Assembly: GCA_045600405.1 (NCBI GenBank)
Contig: JAZRXV010000142.1
Location: forward strand, 15,261 to 79,260
DNA: 64,000 bases
From: Candidatus Cryptobacteroides sp.
GTDB lineage: Bacteria > Bacteroidota > Bacteroidia > Bacteroidales > UBA932
Direction of reading: 5' to 3'
This document shows, piece after piece, positions 27,810 through 38,373 of the stretch. Below the pieces are notes generated by a model, which was not told the origin of the DNA, did no database searches, and was given only the letters and a program-made list of their open reading frames with translations. Made by a program: the position numbers and the translations under genes. How positions within the stretch are numbered: the stretch's first letter is position 1; each line of letters opens with the position of its first letter.

Positions 27810-27927
27810 AAGGCAAAGATACGGCAATTTTTCATATCCGCAATATTTTTCTAAAAATTTTTTCGGATTGCCGTAATTTGATTTTAAAATAATTTATTAA
27901 CTATGATTGTTATCGCGCAGCGCTATA

Positions 27928-28602
27928 TTATTTCAGCAGTTCCGGCCTCAACAGCCTGGTACGTTCGAGAGCCTGCTCGTCCTGCCATGCCTGGATCAGT
28001 TTCGGATTGCCGCTGAGAAGGATGTCCGGGACTTTCCAACCATTGAAATCGGCCGGTCTGGTATAGACGGGAGGGGAGAGCAGGTTGTCCTGGAAGGAAT
28101 CACTCAAAGCCGATGTCTCGTCTGTCAGGGCCCCCGGAATCAGCCGTACAATGGAATCTGCAAGGAGCGCTGCCGGGATTTCACCGCCGCTTACCACATA
28201 GTTCCCCACAGATATTTCACGTGTGATCAGGTGTTCGCGTATGCGATGGTCTATCCCCTTGTAGTGCCCGCATAGTATTATTATGTTGCCGAGCAGGGAC
28301 AGCTCGTTGGATATTCCCTGGTCAAGGAGATTTCCGTCCGGAGACATGTATATTATTTCGTCGTAGTCCCTTTCGGCCTTGAGTTCCTCGATCATGCGGA
28401 AAACAGGCTCGACCATCATCACCATGCCGGCATCTCCGCCATAGGAATAGTCATCCACGTTCTTGCGCGGACCGATACCGTACTTTCTGAGATTGTGGAC
28501 GTGGATTTCAACTATACCTTTCCTGATTGCGCGTCCGACGATGGAGTGGCTCAGGGGGCTCTCCAGCAGTTCGGGGACGACAGATAGGATGTCAATTCGC
28601 AT
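27928..28602 (-). CDS. trmD: tRNA (m1G37) methyltransferase
   Basis: [37 protein letters not shown]. Confidence 0.95.
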   Translation of the reverse strand: MRIDILSVVPELLESPLSHSIVGRAIRKGIVEIHVHNLRKYGIGPRKNVDDYSYGGDAGMVMMVEPVFRMIEELKAERDYDEIIYMSPDGNLLDQGISNELSLLGNIIILCGHYKGIDHRIREHLITREISVGNYVVSGGEIPAALLADSIVRLIPGALTDETSALSDSFQDNLLSPPVYTRPADFNGWKVPDILLSGNPKLIQAWQDEQALERTRLLRPELLK

Positions 28603-28622
28603 AATACTGTTTATTTGTACGG

Positions 28623-28658
28623 CAAATTTACGGAATTTGCTGAAATTTCTTATATTTG
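28623..28658. promoter_or_regulatory. Divergent -7 promoter pair (trmD / DUF349)
   Basis: TAAATTTG on - (28623-28630), TATATTTG on + (28651-28658). Confidence 0.6.
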
Positions 28659-28689
28659 TCAATTATAACCTTATACAAACTCTAGAAAC

Positions 28690-30525
28690 ATGAGCGAAAA
28701 TAACATTCCTGAGAAGATCCAAGAGATCATTTCAGACGTAGAAGAAAAGGCCGCGGAAGTGGTCGGAGAAATCAAGGAGGAAATCGCAGAAGCCAAGGAG
28801 AACCTGGCCGAAGCCAAGGAAAACATTGCGGATGCAATTGAGGACAAGGTTGATGATGTGAAGGAGTCGGTATCGAATTTCGCAGACAAGACACTTGCCG
28901 AGCTTTCCGATATGTTCCAGAACCTTAAGGAAAGCGCGGACCGCATGTCCAGGTCCAAGGAGGCCGAGTCCATCAAGTCCGCTTTCTACAAGCTCCTTAC
29001 CAAGTTGAAGGGAGAGAATCCTGATGTTGCCGCCGAAGGCAGCCAGAACAATCCTTTCGAGGCCGTGGAACAGAATTTCAAGGCTCTCTATTCCGACTAT
29101 AAGAAAGAACGCGCGGAATTCAACAAGCAGCAGGATTCCCAGAGAGAGGAGAACCTCGTTGCCAAGAAGGCCATTATCGAGGAACTCAAGGCTCTTGTTG
29201 AGAACGAGGAGGATGTTAGCGCTCAGTTCCCGGCTTTCCGCGAACTTCAGAACCGCTGGAGGGAAGCCGGTCCTGTCCCTGCGACCGCATACCGCGATAT
29301 AAATGATACATATCAGTTCTATGTCGAGAAATTCTACGACATGGTCAAGATAAACCGTGATCTCCGCGACCTTGATTTCAAGAAGAATCTCGAGGCCAAG
29401 GAGGCGTTCTGCTCGGCAGCGGAGAAGCTTTCCGAGAATGAGAACGTCGTCTCTGCATTCCATGAACTGCAGAAGCTTCATGAGCAGTGGAAGGAGTTCG
29501 GCCCTGTGGCCAAGGAGAAGCGTGACGATATATGGAACCGCTTCAAGGCTGCCACCGCTGTCATCAACAAGAAGTATCAGGCTCATTTCGAGGAGATCAA
29601 GGGGCAGCAGGCCGCGAACCTTGTGGCGAAGACCGCTCTATGCGAGAAGGTTGAGGAGATTGCTGCAAAGGAAGTCAAGTCTTCCGGTGAATGGAACACC
29701 CTTTCCAAGGAGATCGAGGATGTCCAGGCCGAGTGGAAGAAGATCGGTTTCGCAACCAAGAAGGAGAATCAGAAGATATACGACCGTTTCCGTGCTGCCT
29801 GTGATGCATTTTATGCACGCAAGCGCGAATACTATACCGAGTTCAAGGGCAATATGAACGACAACCTTGAGAAGAAGCTCGATATCATACGCCAGGCTGA
29901 GGAACTCAAGGAAAGTACCGAGTGGAAGAAGGCTACCGACCAGTTCATTGCATTGCAGAAGCAGTGGAAGGAGATAGGTGCCGTGCCTCGTAAGAAGAGT
30001 GAGCAGCTTTGGAAGAAATTCCGTGGCGCATGCGATGAATTCTTCGCCAAGAGGGATGCGAATTCAACACCGGAGAATGATTTTTACGGCAATCTGAAAG
30101 CCAAGAAGGCCCTTGTGCAGGAGATCCTTGCATTCGAGCCGACCGATAATGAGACAGCCAATGCCGAGGCCATGCGTGCATTCACCGAGCGCTGGCGTGC
30201 TATCGGGCATGTCCCGTTCAAGGAGAAGGACGGTATCGCATCTGAATATAAGGATGCGATGCAGCAGAAATTCCCTCTCTATGCCCAGCCTAGGGGTGGG
30301 GCACTACGTGGAAAGGGTCCGCGCAGTCCTAAGGATGCGCTTGTGGAGAAGTACAATGCCCTTCAGCAGGATATCGTCACCTATGAGAACAATATAGGAT
30401 TCTTCTCCGCTTCGAAGAACAGCGAACCTTTGATCAACCAGATGAAGGAGAGGATAGAGCAGGCCAAGGCTGAGCTCAAGGCTCTTGAGGAGCAGATCCG
30501 CAAGGCAGAGGAGGGCGAGCAGTAA
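28690..30525 (+). CDS. DUF349 repeat protein
   Basis: Repeated NL..K..LCE / LQ..WK.IG.VP....LW..F...CD.FF; TYENNIGFF. Confidence 0.88.
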   Translation: MSENNIPEKIQEIISDVEEKAAEVVGEIKEEIAEAKENLAEAKENIADAIEDKVDDVKESVSNFADKTLAELSDMFQNLKESADRMSRSKEAESIKSAFYKLLTKLKGENPDVAAEGSQNNPFEAVEQNFKALYSDYKKERAEFNKQQDSQREENLVAKKAIIEELKALVENEEDVSAQFPAFRELQNRWREAGPVPATAYRDINDTYQFYVEKFYDMVKINRDLRDLDFKKNLEAKEAFCSAAEKLSENENVVSAFHELQKLHEQWKEFGPVAKEKRDDIWNRFKAATAVINKKYQAHFEEIKGQQAANLVAKTALCEKVEEIAAKEVKSSGEWNTLSKEIEDVQAEWKKIGFATKKENQKIYDRFRAACDAFYARKREYYTEFKGNMNDNLEKKLDIIRQAEELKESTEWKKATDQFIALQKQWKEIGAVPRKKSEQLWKKFRGACDEFFAKRDANSTPENDFYGNLKAKKALVQEILAFEPTDNETANAEAMRAFTERWRAIGHVPFKEKDGIASEYKDAMQQKFPLYAQPRGGALRGKGPRSPKDALVEKYNALQQDIVTYENNIGFFSASKNSEPLINQMKERIEQAKAELKALEEQIRKAEEGEQ

Positions 30526-32375
30526 TGGACAAAAATTCGGCAATCGGATTCGTCCTTATCATCGCAATATTATTCGGTTTCGGAGCCATCCAGACAAACC
30601 GCGCCAGGAAGCAGATGGCCATCCAGGCGCAGCTCGATTCGATTGCGCTTGCAGAGCAGATAGCCAATCTGCCGGCTGTGGATGCATCCGCGGCCCAGGC
30701 TGCCGTGATAGATTCTCTTATTTCCGCGACTGCGATTTATAAGGATTCGTCACTTGAATCGGCCTTCAAGGCTGAAGCCCGGGTGGCAGTGCTCGAGAAT
30801 GCGAAGATAAAGGTTGAATTCACCACGAAGGGCGCGAGGCCGCAGTCCGTGCTTGTCAAGGATTATTTCAACTATGACAGTACCGACCTCTATATACTCA
30901 GGCCTGATAAGTGCATGTATTCCATCAGCCTCTATACAGGAGAGTTTATAGAGACCAAGGATTTCAATTTCGAGATAGCCTCACAGACCGATTCTTCCAT
31001 TGTGATGCGCCTGCCTTTCTCAGGAGGCGGATGCATAGAGCAGAGATACGTGTTGCATGAGGACAGTTATGCCCTTGACAATACCTTGGCATTTGTCGGG
31101 ATGGGGGAAGTCATTCCGCGTAATGTAAGTTCTTTCGATCTTGATTTCGATGCCGTCATCCCAAGGATGGAGAAGGGGTACAAGAATGAATCCACCTACT
31201 CCAAACTTGATTTCTATTATGATGGAGACAAGAAGCCTGTGGAAATAGGCCGCGGACGCAGCGGCAGCAAGCGCGTGGATTCGAAGCTGAGCTGGTTCGC
31301 ATTCCAGCAGCAGTTCTTCTCAGCCATCATGCGTGCTCCGAAGGAATTCTCATCAGGAGAGCTGAGCATCAATTTCATACCTCAGGATGACGCGTCCCGT
31401 GACCTTATGTCCTGTAGTGCAAAGATGCGCGTGGACTTTGAACGTTCGGAGAATGTCGAGGTGCCGTTCGAGTTCTATTTCGGCCCGAACCATTTCCAGA
31501 CACTCAAGTCCTTCGACAGGAAATACGAGAAGATAATCCCTCTTGGAGGATGGCTGGTCGGCTGGTTCACCAGGTTCGTCATAATCCCTCTGTTCAACTG
31601 GCTGCATCAGTTCTTTGACAATTTCGGTATCATCATTCTTCTTATGACCATCATCATAAAGGTAGTCGTGATGCCGTTCACCAACAAGTCATTCCTGTCA
31701 TCAGCCAAGATGGCCGCCCTCAAGCCTGAGATCGAGAAGATCAATAACAAATATCCGAAGCAGGAGGATGCAATGAAGAAACAGCAGGCCACCATGGACC
31801 TGTACAAGAGGGCGAATGTCAGTCCTATGGGAGGTTGCCTCCCTACGCTCCTGACTTTCCCTATTCTTTGGGCAATGTTCCGTTTCTTCCCGGCTTCCAT
31901 AGAACTCCGCCAGCAGCCTTTCCTGTGGTGCCATGACCTTTCTGCTTATGACAGCATCATCGATTATGGCACGAAGGTGCCTATCTTCGGAGACCACCTG
32001 TCACTTTTCGCTCTTCTCATGGCTGTGACCATGTGGGTTTACTCCAAGATGACCATGTCCAACCAGGCTGCCTCCAACGATCCGAGCGCTGCATCGATGA
32101 AGTTCATGAGCGTCTGGATGATGCCTATCATGATGTTCTTCATCTGTAACAGCCTTTCAGCCGCATTGAGCTACTATTACCTTCTCTCCCAATTCTTCTC
32201 CATTATCCAGAACTGGGTTATCAAGAAGTGGTTCGTGCATCCTGAGAAGATACTTGCAAAAGTGCGCTCATCAGAAGGCAAGCCACTGCCGAAGAGCAAA
32301 TGGCAGCAGAAACTCGAGGCTGCCCAGAAACTTCAGGAACAGCAACTTAAGGAGCAGCAGAGAAAACGCCGTTAG
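30525..32375 (+). CDS. yidC: Membrane protein insertase YidC
   Basis: QQFFS, YFGP, SPMGGCLP, PILWAMF, LRQQPFLW.HDLS. Confidence 0.93.
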   Translation: MDKNSAIGFVLIIAILFGFGAIQTNRARKQMAIQAQLDSIALAEQIANLPAVDASAAQAAVIDSLISATAIYKDSSLESAFKAEARVAVLENAKIKVEFTTKGARPQSVLVKDYFNYDSTDLYILRPDKCMYSISLYTGEFIETKDFNFEIASQTDSSIVMRLPFSGGGCIEQRYVLHEDSYALDNTLAFVGMGEVIPRNVSSFDLDFDAVIPRMEKGYKNESTYSKLDFYYDGDKKPVEIGRGRSGSKRVDSKLSWFAFQQQFFSAIMRAPKEFSSGELSINFIPQDDASRDLMSCSAKMRVDFERSENVEVPFEFYFGPNHFQTLKSFDRKYEKIIPLGGWLVGWFTRFVIIPLFNWLHQFFDNFGIIILLMTIIIKVVVMPFTNKSFLSSAKMAALKPEIEKINNKYPKQEDAMKKQQATMDLYKRANVSPMGGCLPTLLTFPILWAMFRFFPASIELRQQPFLWCHDLSAYDSIIDYGTKVPIFGDHLSLFALLMAVTMWVYSKMTMSNQAASNDPSAASMKFMSVWMMPIMMFFICNSLSAALSYYYLLSQFFSIIQNWVIKKWFVHPEKILAKVRSSEGKPLPKSKWQQKLEAAQKLQEQQLKEQQRKRR

Positions 32376-32386
32376 TTATTTTCAGG

Positions 32387-33058
32387 ATGATTTCAGAAAG
32401 GCTCAATGGAATTAGGAATGAACTGTCACCGGGCGTGGATCTGGTGGCAGTTTCGAAATTCCATCCCGTCGAAGCCATTCTCGAGGCCTATGAGGCCGGT
32501 CATCGCGTGTTCGGAGAGTCCCGTCCCCAGGAATTTGCCGCGAAGGTGCCGGCGCTGCCGTCCGATATAAAGTGGCATTTCATAGGGCATCTCCAGACCA
32601 ATAAATTGAAATTGGTCCTCCCGTATGCCGCCATGGTCCAGTCAGTGGATTCGTTGAAACTTCTTGAGGCCATAGACAAATGGGGGAGTGAAAACGGCAG
32701 GGTGATCCCGGTATTGCTTGAACTCCACCTTGGGGCGGAGGAGACCAAGCAGGGATTTCATGAGGAGGAGATATTGGATATACTTTTCAACGTGGTCAAC
32801 AGTGACGGACGCAGGTATCCGAATGTCAGGATATGCGGGCTTATGGGAATGGCCACTAATACTGACGATGAGGAAACGGTTCGAGCTGATTTTTCGCGTA
32901 TAAGTGACTTCAACGATTATGTCAAGGACCTTTTCCCTGAACTGGAAGACTTCAAGGAATTGTCGATAGGAATGTCGGCAGACTGGTGGCTGGCCCTGGA
33001 ATATGGTGCGACAATCATAAGGGTCGGGACTGCTATTTTTGGAGAAAGAGTTTATTGA
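32387..33058 (+). CDS. yggS: PLP homeostasis protein
   Basis: VAVSKFH, WHFIGHLQTNK, GLMGMA, LSIGMS, RVGTAIFG. Confidence 0.93.
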   Translation: MISERLNGIRNELSPGVDLVAVSKFHPVEAILEAYEAGHRVFGESRPQEFAAKVPALPSDIKWHFIGHLQTNKLKLVLPYAAMVQSVDSLKLLEAIDKWGSENGRVIPVLLELHLGAEETKQGFHEEEILDILFNVVNSDGRRYPNVRICGLMGMATNTDDEETVRADFSRISDFNDYVKDLFPELEDFKELSIGMSADWWLALEYGATIIRVGTAIFGERVY

Positions 33059-33069
33059 ATTTAAGCAAT

Positions 33070-35004
33070 ATGAGACATTTTTCTTTACCAAAGGATGGCG
33101 GATTGCTTGAGGATAAAGTCCCTCAGGGAATCCTGCACAGTTTCGAAAAGATCGTTACTGATATCTATGACCTTCAGTCCTCCGCGAGTGAAAAGGTCGC
33201 CGATGTGATCGCTGCTGCTGTCAATGGCTTTGATGCAGCCGGTGAGGGAAGACTCTTCAAGTTGGGACTGACAACCGGAAAGACGCCTATTTCCTTGTAT
33301 AAGTCGCTTGTCCGCAAGTATGAGGAAGGGACTGTCTCTTTCAAGAATGTGGAGGTGTACTCCATTGATGAGTACTATCCGGTACGCAGTGATGAGATGC
33401 AGAGCCGCAATTACAAGCTCCATAAGGAATTCCTTGACCTGATAGACATTGCCAAGGAAAATATCCATATTCCTGACGGAACGGTAGACGCTTCCGCCTT
33501 GAGTGATTATTGCGCGGAATATGACCGTAAGGCCAGTGAACTGGACATTCTTGTGATCGGAATCGGTGAGAAAGGACAGGTCGGATTCAATGAGTCAGGT
33601 GCTTCTGGGCACAGCCGCACACGTGCGGTGCTTCTTACATACCAGGCCCGCAAGCGTCAGGCTGAGAACTTCAACGGTGACATAGATATGACTCCGACCA
33701 TGGCCATCACCATGGGCATAGATACCATGATGAGTGCCAGACAGGTGATTCTCATGGCATTCGGTGAGGGCAAGGCGGACGTGGTGAAGAATATGGTCGA
33801 AATGAAGGCGAACAATTCCTGCCCGGCTTCGATATTCCAGCATCATCGCAATGTCCGTCTCTATGTCGATGAGACTGCTGCCAGCATGCTCACCAGGGTT
33901 GTCGCTCCATGGCGCATAGGACCATGCGAATGGACACCGAAATTCCGCCGCAAGGCTGTCATCTGGCTTTGCGAGACAGTAGGCAAGCCTATCCTGAAAC
34001 TTACGCTCAAGGATTATCTTGAGAATTCCCTCAGCGAGCTCGTCAACCTGTATGGACCATTTGACAAGATCAATATCGACGTGTTCAATGACCTCCAGCA
34101 CACCATTACCGGTTGGCCGGGAGGAAAACCTGATGCTGACGACAGCACAAGGCCTGTCTCATCCAAGCCATTCCCTAAGACAGTGCTCATATTCTCACCT
34201 CATCCTGATGATGACGTGATATCGATGGGCGGTACTTTCATCCGTCTGGTGCATCAGGGGCACAATGTCCATGTGGCATATGAAACATCGGGAAGCATCG
34301 CTGTGCATGATGATGTGGTTGTGCAGCATATGGATGCGGCTTGCGAACTCGGATTCGGGAACAAGCGGGATGAAATCGAGGCTGTGATAAAGACAAAGGT
34401 TGCCGGAGAGCCTGAGCCTCGTGAACTTCTTTCCGTAAAGGCGGCCATCCGCCGTTCCGAAGCGAAGGGCGCTGTCCGCAGTTTCGGTCTGAATGACAAG
34501 ACGAATGTCCATTTCCTCAACCTTCCGTTCTATGAGTCCGGTTCCACCCTCAAACTGCCAAGCACTCAGGTGGACGTGGATATCATCAAGAAACTGATGA
34601 AGGACCTTCAGCCGGATCAGATATATATGGCCGGTGACCTTGCTGATCCTCATGGCACCCACCGCGTATGTACGGAAGCGGCTCTTGAGGCCCTTGAACA
34701 GCTTCGTGAAGAAGGAGAACCGTGGGTGGGGACGTGCAATGTCTGGATGTACCGCGGCGCATGGATGGAATGGGAACTCTGCCGTGTCGATATGGCCGTC
34801 CCTCTGAGCCCGGACGAAGTCGTGGAGAAACGCTATGCAATTTACCATCATCTGTCCCAGAAGGACATAGTGCCGTTCCCGGGAGACGATCCGCGTGAAT
34901 TCTGGCAGCGTGCCGAGGACAGGACACAGGCTACTGCCCGCCATTACAATGATCTCGGAATGGCTGAGTATCAGGCAATAGAGGTATTCCTCAAGCTTTA
35001 TTGA
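33070..35004 (+). CDS. Glucosamine-6-phosphate deaminase-like domain fused to a PIG-L/LmbE deacetylase-like domain
   Basis: LGLTTGKTP, DEYY, GIGEKGQVGFNE, AITMG; then SPHPDDD and DPHGTH. Confidence 0.85.
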   Translation: MRHFSLPKDGGLLEDKVPQGILHSFEKIVTDIYDLQSSASEKVADVIAAAVNGFDAAGEGRLFKLGLTTGKTPISLYKSLVRKYEEGTVSFKNVEVYSIDEYYPVRSDEMQSRNYKLHKEFLDLIDIAKENIHIPDGTVDASALSDYCAEYDRKASELDILVIGIGEKGQVGFNESGASGHSRTRAVLLTYQARKRQAENFNGDIDMTPTMAITMGIDTMMSARQVILMAFGEGKADVVKNMVEMKANNSCPASIFQHHRNVRLYVDETAASMLTRVVAPWRIGPCEWTPKFRRKAVIWLCETVGKPILKLTLKDYLENSLSELVNLYGPFDKINIDVFNDLQHTITGWPGGKPDADDSTRPVSSKPFPKTVLIFSPHPDDDVISMGGTFIRLVHQGHNVHVAYETSGSIAVHDDVVVQHMDAACELGFGNKRDEIEAVIKTKVAGEPEPRELLSVKAAIRRSEAKGAVRSFGLNDKTNVHFLNLPFYESGSTLKLPSTQVDVDIIKKLMKDLQPDQIYMAGDLADPHGTHRVCTEAALEALEQLREEGEPWVGTCNVWMYRGAWMEWELCRVDMAVPLSPDEVVEKRYAIYHHLSQKDIVPFPGDDPREFWQRAEDRTQATARHYNDLGMAEYQAIEVFLKLY

Positions 35005-36109
35005 TTTCTTCAATCATTGCTTTTGCGACAGAACGTGATGCGCCGGACCCGCCAAGGCTCCGGCGTATTTCGTCATAGTCATCAAGCATCCTTTGACGGT
35101 ACGGGGCATCGTTGAGCAGGCGCGAGACTTCCTCGCAAACCTTGTCCACGGTGAAATCATCCTGTACCAGTTCCTTGAAGGCCGCACGGTCTATGCAAAG
35201 GTTACCGAGGGAAATGAACTTGATGTGGTCCATGACTTTGAGGATGTACTTTGCAATGAATGCGGTGACGGGAGATGTGCTCCAGCAAACAACTTGCGGA
35301 GTGGATATAAGTGCGGCTTCAAGCGAGGCTGTGCCGGAATTGATTATTGCAGCATCGGCGAATCTCAGGATGTCATACGTGCGTCCGAACAGCAATGTGA
35401 CGTTCTTACGGTCCCCGATATGTTTCCGATAGTCATCTTCGCTCCTGGCCGGAGCTCCCGCAATTACGACGTCGACTCCGAGCCTGTCGGCAACCTCCAT
35501 GCATACCGGCATCATCCTGTCTATCTCGCCTTTTCTCGAGCCCGCAAGGAGTGCGATGTATTTTCCTGCTACCGGACGCTCATATCCGTGGCTATCGATG
35601 GCATCGATCAGCGGATTGCCTTTGTAAATGAACGGCACCTGCTTCTCTGTGAAATATGGAATTTCGAAAGGGAATATGATGAACAGACGGTCAATATATT
35701 TGCGCAGTTTCCTGTTCCTGCTCTCCCGGGAGGCCCATGTCTTCGGGGCTATATAGTAGAATACACGGATGCCCTTTCCATGGCAGAACCTTGCAATCTT
35801 CATATTGAAACCGGGATAGTCTATCAATATCACGACATCAGGTTCCCATCCGGCTATGTCTTTCTTGCATAAACTGATGTTGCCCAGCAGTTTGCCGGCT
35901 TTGACAAGTACGTCGCCGAAACCCATTACCGCGCCTTCCTTGAAATGGCGTACGGGTTCCGCGTTCCCTGACGGATCTATGGCGGCGCTCATGAGGTCTC
36001 CGCCCCAGAAACGGAAAGATGCCTCCGGGTCTTCTTCCTTGAGCCCGAGTATGAGGTTTGAACCGTGAAGGTCTCCGGATGCTTCTCCGGCAATGATGTA
36101 ATATTTCAT
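34991..36109 (-). CDS. lpxB: Lipid-A-disaccharide synthase
   Basis: IAGEASGDLHG, IDYPGFN, LLAGSR, SGTASLE. Confidence 0.93.
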   Translation of the reverse strand: MKYYIIAGEASGDLHGSNLILGLKEEDPEASFRFWGGDLMSAAIDPSGNAEPVRHFKEGAVMGFGDVLVKAGKLLGNISLCKKDIAGWEPDVVILIDYPGFNMKIARFCHGKGIRVFYYIAPKTWASRESRNRKLRKYIDRLFIIFPFEIPYFTEKQVPFIYKGNPLIDAIDSHGYERPVAGKYIALLAGSRKGEIDRMMPVCMEVADRLGVDVVIAGAPARSEDDYRKHIGDRKNVTLLFGRTYDILRFADAAIINSGTASLEAALISTPQVVCWSTSPVTAFIAKYILKVMDHIKFISLGNLCIDRAAFKELVQDDFTVDKVCEEVSRLLNDAPYRQRMLDDYDEIRRSLGGSGASRSVAKAMIEEINKA

Positions 36110-36918
36110 CTGAAATTGCAATCAAATTCCAGGTCGCGCAGGCGTCCTGTCTCTTCGTAATCTGTCCTGTCTGTCTTCAAGGCCACTATCGTTATGTAAC
36201 CGCATGCAACATAATGGTGGTCGGCCGGCTCGATATTGTTGTCGTTGTCGGCCAGGTCACCGACAATCATATATGCTTTTTCTCCTTCCTCCAGTACAGG
36301 CTTGACGGGAAGCCCGGTGTCGTAGGTCGTGAACTCCCTTTCCCAATGGTTGATGCCCTGATGGCAGATTCTTATACCCCTGATGTCTTTCTTCCCCGCA
36401 TTAGGGAAATTGATGTTGTAATAAAGCCCGAATTTGCGTCTGCGGTGCTTCAGGAGCTTTTTCAGGATCCCGGGGAGGAATTCGCGCACCGCGCTCAGGT
36501 CAGCATTCCTGTCATGGTCATCCATGGATATTCCGAAAGATGGGATTCCGGCCAGTGCGCCTTCCTCGGCCGCGCCAAGTGTGGCGGAATAGATGGTCGC
36601 GGACCCGGTGTTGGACCCATGGTTTATTCCGGCGACTACAAGGTCAGGTTTCCTGTCAATGAAGATTTCGTTCAAGGCGAACTTGATACAGCTTGCAGGG
36701 GTTGCATCCGCATACCACCATCGTTCCCCCTTGGTGTCCATAAGTTTCTTGACAGCGATCGGCCTGCCTCCCATGGTGACGGCTATGGACATCGCCGACT
36801 GCTGGAATTTGGGCGCTACGACCGTCACATCCCCGAATCCGCGTAGTATTTCTACAAGGACCTGCAGGCCGGGTGCGGTGTAATCGTCATCGTTGGTGAC
36901 AAGAATGTGCATAAGCAT
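36106..36918 (-). CDS. surE: 5'/3'-nucleotidase SurE
   Basis: ILVTNDD, VVAP..QSA, TPASC, GINHGSN, NINFP; upstream of lpxB. Confidence 0.88.
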   Translation of the reverse strand: MLMHILVTNDDDYTAPGLQVLVEILRGFGDVTVVAPKFQQSAMSIAVTMGGRPIAVKKLMDTKGERWWYADATPASCIKFALNEIFIDRKPDLVVAGINHGSNTGSATIYSATLGAAEEGALAGIPSFGISMDDHDRNADLSAVREFLPGILKKLLKHRRRKFGLYYNINFPNAGKKDIRGIRICHQGINHWEREFTTYDTGLPVKPVLEEGEKAYMIVGDLADNDNNIEPADHHYVACGYITIVALKTDRTDYEETGRLRDLEFDCNFR

Positions 36919-36931
36919 GTTAATAATATCA

Positions 36932-36971
36932 CAAAGATAATTGATTTTCACATTAAAATTTGATAAATTTG
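36932..36971. promoter_or_regulatory. Divergent -7 promoter pair (surE / gap)
   Basis: TATCTTTG on - (36932-36939), TAAATTTG on + (36964-36971). Confidence 0.6.
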
Positions 36972-37028
36972 CGTGCCAAATTTTGGGAGGCACGGTTGGA
37001 ATTAAGTTTAACTCTTTATAAAAACTAA

Positions 37029-38030
<1,002 letters not shown>

Positions 38031-38048
38031 TTTGAATCCGCATAACGT

Positions 38049-38084
38049 AAAGAAGGCGACCGGTTCATTCCGGCCGCCTTCTTT
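38049..38084 (+). terminator. Intrinsic terminator after gap
   Basis: AAAGAAGGCGACCGG-ttcatt-CCGGCCGCCTTCTTT. Confidence 0.8.
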
Positions 38085-38218
38085 GTGAAGGGGCCCTGCC
38101 CCCTTACCCGCCACTGTCGTGGCTGCCCCCGCGGCTCCCGGCCTACCGACATCGCAAGAGCTCCGTCCCGCCTCCGCCGGGCGCGTTGGGATGCGCCTTT
38201 TCTGCGTTGTTGCTATGT

Positions 38219-38288
38219 TGCAGAAGGAGTGTCATTCCTGGAGGCTTTTTAAAGGGGAGATGCCTCCAGGAATGACACTCCTTCTGCA
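38219..38288. repeat. Perfect 27-bp inverted repeat (REP/REPIN-like)
   Basis: TGCAGAAGGAGTGTCATTCCTGGAGGC-N16-GCCTCCAGGAATGACACTCCTTCTGCA. Confidence 0.9.
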
Positions 38289-38373
38289 GCGGCACACACG
38301 GTCAGTATCTGTGGGATTCTTGTTAATTATGTTAGCTTTTCTTATATTTGCTTGTAAATTAATAAGATAAATT

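Noticed and set aside
28690-28870. Acidic AEAKEN repeats at the DUF349 N-terminus
   Set aside because: An ordinary low-complexity variable leader with only two copies.
38119-38370. 83-aa ORF after gap
   Set aside because: It runs through GC-rich palindromes and the next gene's promoter, and has no protein-like features.
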